From contig NC_134033.1 of the NCBI RefSeq assembly GCF_964204645.1, positions 14,144,655 to 14,208,654 of the forward strand: 64,000 nt of DNA, in the 5' to 3' direction. The position numbers and the translations under genes are program-made. The stretch's first letter is position 1; each line of letters starts with the position of its first letter. Of this stretch, positions 52,801-64,000 are shown piece by piece. This stretch comes from Tubulanus polymorphus. Taxonomy: Eukaryota; Animalia; Nemertea. The notes beneath the pieces were generated by a model, which was given only the letters and a program-made list of their open reading frames with translations, was not told where the DNA came from and did no database searches.

Positions 52801-53717
52801 CGTGTTCAGATCTCATGGACAACACCGTCCTCAGAGCTGTCATGTGGGTCATTGCATTTTTCAGTTTTTTCGCTAACGGTTTGGTCATTTCACTTCGTTT
52901 CAGAGCAATTGCAATTTCATCAGAGATGCAAATCAATTCGTCAGATGTATTTATCATTAATATTGCAATATGCGATTTTCTGATGGCAATTTATTTGTTT
53001 TTGATCGCTGGAGCAGATTTGATTTATAAAGGTGTTTATTTTCTCCATTCTGAAATCTGGACTCGTAGTTCATCATGCAAGGTTGCTGGAGTTGTGGTAA
53101 TGTTATCGTGCGAAGGCTCATTGACATTTTTGTTTCTTCTAACGCGTTTCAGATATTCAAACATCGTTGATCCATTTTCTGGTAATCCACTATTATCCCG
53201 GAAGTACGTAACCTATATGTGCTGTCTATGCTGGATAATTCTATGTACGTTTGCTTTACTACCGCTTTCAGAATTGTCTTATTTCGGAGACAGATTTTAT
53301 GGTACCACAGGTGTGTGTCTACCTATGAACTTAATTTCTATCAATGTCAAAGGTTGGCAATATTCGTTCGCTATATTTGCTGTATTAAACGCGATCATCC
53401 TCATTCTGATAATGGTGACGTATGCGCAGATGTACAGGCTTGTATCTGGAAGCAGGTCCGGTTCGGGTAGAGCTGATCCTACAGAACTCGTTCTAGCTCG
53501 ACGCAGTTTAGTCATCAATCTGTGTAATTTGTTTTGTTGGCTACCGTTAATAATCGTTCAATTCTGTGTTGTTTTTTCGGTCGAGATACCGAACCAGGTC
53601 GCTGCTTGGCTGGCCGTTCTTTTCTTACCCATAAACTCAACTCTGAACCCATTGCTTTACACCATTCTTACTATTGATATGAAATCAGTCAGAGCACGAA
53701 ACAAAGGCAAGAAATGA
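46883..53717 (+). CDS. Gene D: inverted paralog of gene C, GRL101-like GPCR, ~1941 aa; join(46883..48118,48302..49645,50472..53717)
   Basis: Same domain order and the same two phase-0 intron positions as gene C; ORFs uninterrupted. Confidence 0.9.
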
Positions 53718-54171
53718 GGAAAATATATCACATGTAATCAAATGATTCAAACGTGCAATATCGTACTTTATGTAATTTGCCTTTCAAATAGAAAATTAAG
53801 TTCACAACTTTTGCGAAGAAATATTTTACCACTAGCGAGTGTTAGGCATAAGACATCAATGTTTGATTTGCCGGTCGCAGATTATACAAAGATATTATTC
53901 TAACCTTTCACGTGAAAGCCGCATAGTGGATTCCCAATTCCCACGGTAGCCAGCTGCCAATTCTAGATTAAATGTGGCCCTAGCTGAATGTGGATTTTTA
54001 TGCGCGGAGTGTGACGGAGGGTTCCAAGTTCTAGACTGCTACAACGAAATTCATAGTCTATCTGACGAATGTCTCGCTTTTATGTGAATTGTTGGAATCG
54101 TGGACTCTCAATTTTTAAAATTTCATGGAATATACTACATGTACTTCTGTTACACCGGGCGGGTGGACGCT

Positions 54172-54603
54172 TGGGCACAAATTACGTACCTCAAAATCTC
54201 CAATTTTTTTTGACCCCCTTCCCCTTGTACCAAATTCACTGACCCCCCTCTTAAGTACGTACCATGGCACTCGTGACCACCCCACCCCCCAAATTATATT
54301 GATACCAAGCACACACTGAACAAAAGTCCGAAATGAAGAAATGACACAATAAAAGAATTAAGCAAGTATTGTTGTTTATTGATTTTATATACCCTGTACT
54401 AAAGCCGTGATAAAACACCAGTGGTATCGGCTACTTTCATTTGAGTTTGTGCATATAAAGTACTACGTACCAAGATTGATTAATACCCCCTCCTTCAAAG
54501 AACGTACCTTTTTTGCTGACCCCCCTCCCCCATGTACCACTTCGTATCAAAATTCAGTAACCCCCCTTCCCCAATAGAGGCACGTAATTTATGAAGGCTC
54601 CCT
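54172..54603. mobile_element. Decayed MITE-like element
   Basis: AAATTACGTACCTC near the left end is mirrored by GAGGCACGTAATTT near the right end; internal poly-C motifs. Confidence 0.45.
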
Positions 54604-56263
54604 TGGGACTTCTCAGAATCTGGCGGCTGGTGAAGTAGAACCGACTCTCGGTCATTCGTAATATAGCAGCAGTTAGAAAAGTGGGGAGGGGATATAGCAT
54701 CATGACGCCATCTCCGGCTGTCTAGCGAGGTCGTCGCGACGGCAATAATAAATATATACACCAATAAACCAATCAAGTGAAATTTGTGTTGTATTTACAG
54801 ATGATTTTATTTTTTTCGCGAATATTTACAAATACATATCATGGATCACCCCTAACGTGAACGATCTTCTCGAATCCCGCAGTAGATTTCATACATCCGT
54901 CGAGGGTAATTATAAAATATCCTCAGGAATCGAAGGAAACAAAGCCCCCTCTAAAAATATACACTGGGAGCAATACAGGAATGAAAACGAGATAGATACA
55001 AATAACGCTATTTAGACGAGATAGATACCGCACAGAACAACTTAATGAAATACAATATCAGCTTAAATTTACAGATTTCGATTTTTCGTTTGAAAAAGTA
55101 AATCTCGATTTCCAGTAATCAAAAAGCATGAAGTCGCCAACTGTAGCGAAAGCAAAAGTGCAAAAATATCAAAAGTTACGATTGAAACATTTCGTTGAAA
55201 AACGTTCAATAAACCCTTTACATTTCTGTTCATACCCAACAAATCGAATCAGTATTTCTCAAACTATATACGATATTTTGGCGGCCGCTTAATAAACAGC
55301 AGGCCTACGGATATTGCAAAACTATTTACATAAACGCTGCATCGGGAAGATTTACGTGATAATCTCCCAGTGACAGAAAGTAAATAAATAATCACCGCAG
55401 AAAAACCCATTCCGACAATTTTCATTTTCGATTTCGCCGCAATAAACAGGTTCTTACTGTATACGAAATAAAGTTTTCTAACGCAAATTCATGGAAAGTT
55501 TAAACAATAATAGATCGAGTTAAAAAATGCGCCCTTTCGCAAGAGAGAGAGAGAAAGGTTAATCGTACAATGTATTTACAGCAACAACAAAAAATATCGA
55601 AGCAACAAAAAAAAAACAAATCACTTAGATATCCCACTGAATACATGTTTTAAAGTATGAAATGTAAACATCTTTTTTTTTATCAGTTTCTTTGATCAGT
55701 TACTCAAGTTATAGACGACATATTGCGATAACAACTTTTTCTCACTATCGAGAAGTACATTCCATGAAATCTTAAACTATTCAGAATATATGCACACACA
55801 TAATATAGACATCACTTGCTCTAAATCATTCGATGCTATATGAAGCGTTAAGCCCAATTAATTCTACATAACATGAATATTATTGAGTCGCGATATATTA
55901 AGTATGTAGAGTCAATATTGTCATATTTTCAATTGCAAACATCATTTTTCTGATGACGAAATACGTTAAATCTTACATCGAAATAGGCTTCAAAAACTTT
56001 CGTGCATTTGAGCACATCTGCACAGTCGAGACATCAAAAAAGTCTCAAGATTGGCCTCAAGTCGTTTGTTATGTTTGCAATCAGAAACCAAAATGAACTT
56101 ACATTATTAGATCAGTAACAGAACAAACACTTAGCTTAAACTGGTCTTATGTTATCAGATTGGTTTTAGACTGGCTCGAACAGCTAGAGAACCCAGAATG
56201 AGCTTTAGACTGGTTTTAAATCTAAGCCTCGATTACCGAACTGGGTGATGACAACTCAATAAT

Positions 56264-63345
<7,082 letters not shown>

Positions 63346-63516
63346 CTGGCGACAAAAAACAGACTCATTTAAGAAGCAAGTTGAAAAGGCAAAATTGGAC
63401 TGACTGATAATTGTTAAACTCATACAAAAATGAAATCATTTTTTGACTTAAAGTTACGGAAAGGAATAGCAGTAGTAACACAACTATCAAATATCTATTT
63501 GTCTCTTATAAACCTG

Positions 63517-63675
63517 GGCCCGGTTTCATAGACTCAGTATCAAAGTTATCCCTACGGGTAAATCCTCAATCTGGGTAACAACCACCATAGTAACAATGAG
63601 AAACCATGGTTATAACCGACGAATTTCAAAATATCCCCACGGACTACTTTTCGTCGACATCTATGAAACCCAGCC
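63517..63675. mobile_element. MITE, PIF/Harbinger-like
   Basis: GGCCCGGTTTCATAGA...TCTATGAAACCCAGCC; flanks are CTG and CAG. Confidence 0.55.
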
Positions 63676-64000
63676 CAGGCAGCTTTACGCCTTAATGAGA
63701 AACTTAGCAATCAGTAATAGAATACTATGTTTAAGTAGGGGTATGTTTCGATTCATTTCTTGAAAAGGACTCGAGGAGTAGAGTCGAAATGGATTGTAAT
63801 GATGCGAAATACGCAATCAAAATTATTCAATTGTCATGAAGATCTTGATAGTTGCGTTTTTACTATTATTTTCGGACTTCCTAACGCATATTTTCCAATC
63901 CTTAATTCGGACTTCGATTTTGTCGGTACCAGTTTGTCCGAATCAGGCAAGGTTTATCGCATACGGCCCCCGAGACCGCATCGAACGCGATTGCGATCTT

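Overview
Intron-containing, AT-rich animal genomic DNA. It is probably an invertebrate, possibly a lophotrochozoan; this is inferred from gene content only. There are no prokaryotic features or CRISPR arrays. The right end holds the 3' part of RNA polymerase II largest subunit (RPB1/POLR2A, minus strand, with CTD). The central ~40 kb is a duplication patchwork. (i) Two minus-strand paralogs share a near-identical signal-peptide/propeptide exon. Gene B (38.8-42.6 kb) encodes a ~483-aa basic-leader + VWD-C8-TIL secreted protein. Gene A (14.2-24.8 kb) has lost VWD-C8-TIL through an internal deletion and carries a 7788-nt exon encoding a three-block Gly/Lys/Asn/Tyr/Trp repeat (~2758-aa protein). 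(ii) An inverted pair of 3-exon CUB-CTL-LDLa-LRR-7TM (GRL101-like) GPCR genes. (iii) Between them lie a GT31 beta-1,3-galactosyltransferase-like gene and a spliced 61-aa signal+KR+6-Cys precursor resembling a shortened APETx/BDS defensin-fold toxin, which the ORF track misses. A second spliced 99-aa secreted peptide precursor lies at 11.7-13.1 kb. Also present: minimal hammerhead ribozyme motifs, CWG-flanked MITEs, a foldback-like TIR element, LINE and tRNA-like relics, and microsatellites. All gene models were spliced by hand from GT-AG sites and phase compatibility, and none is confirmed by transcripts.
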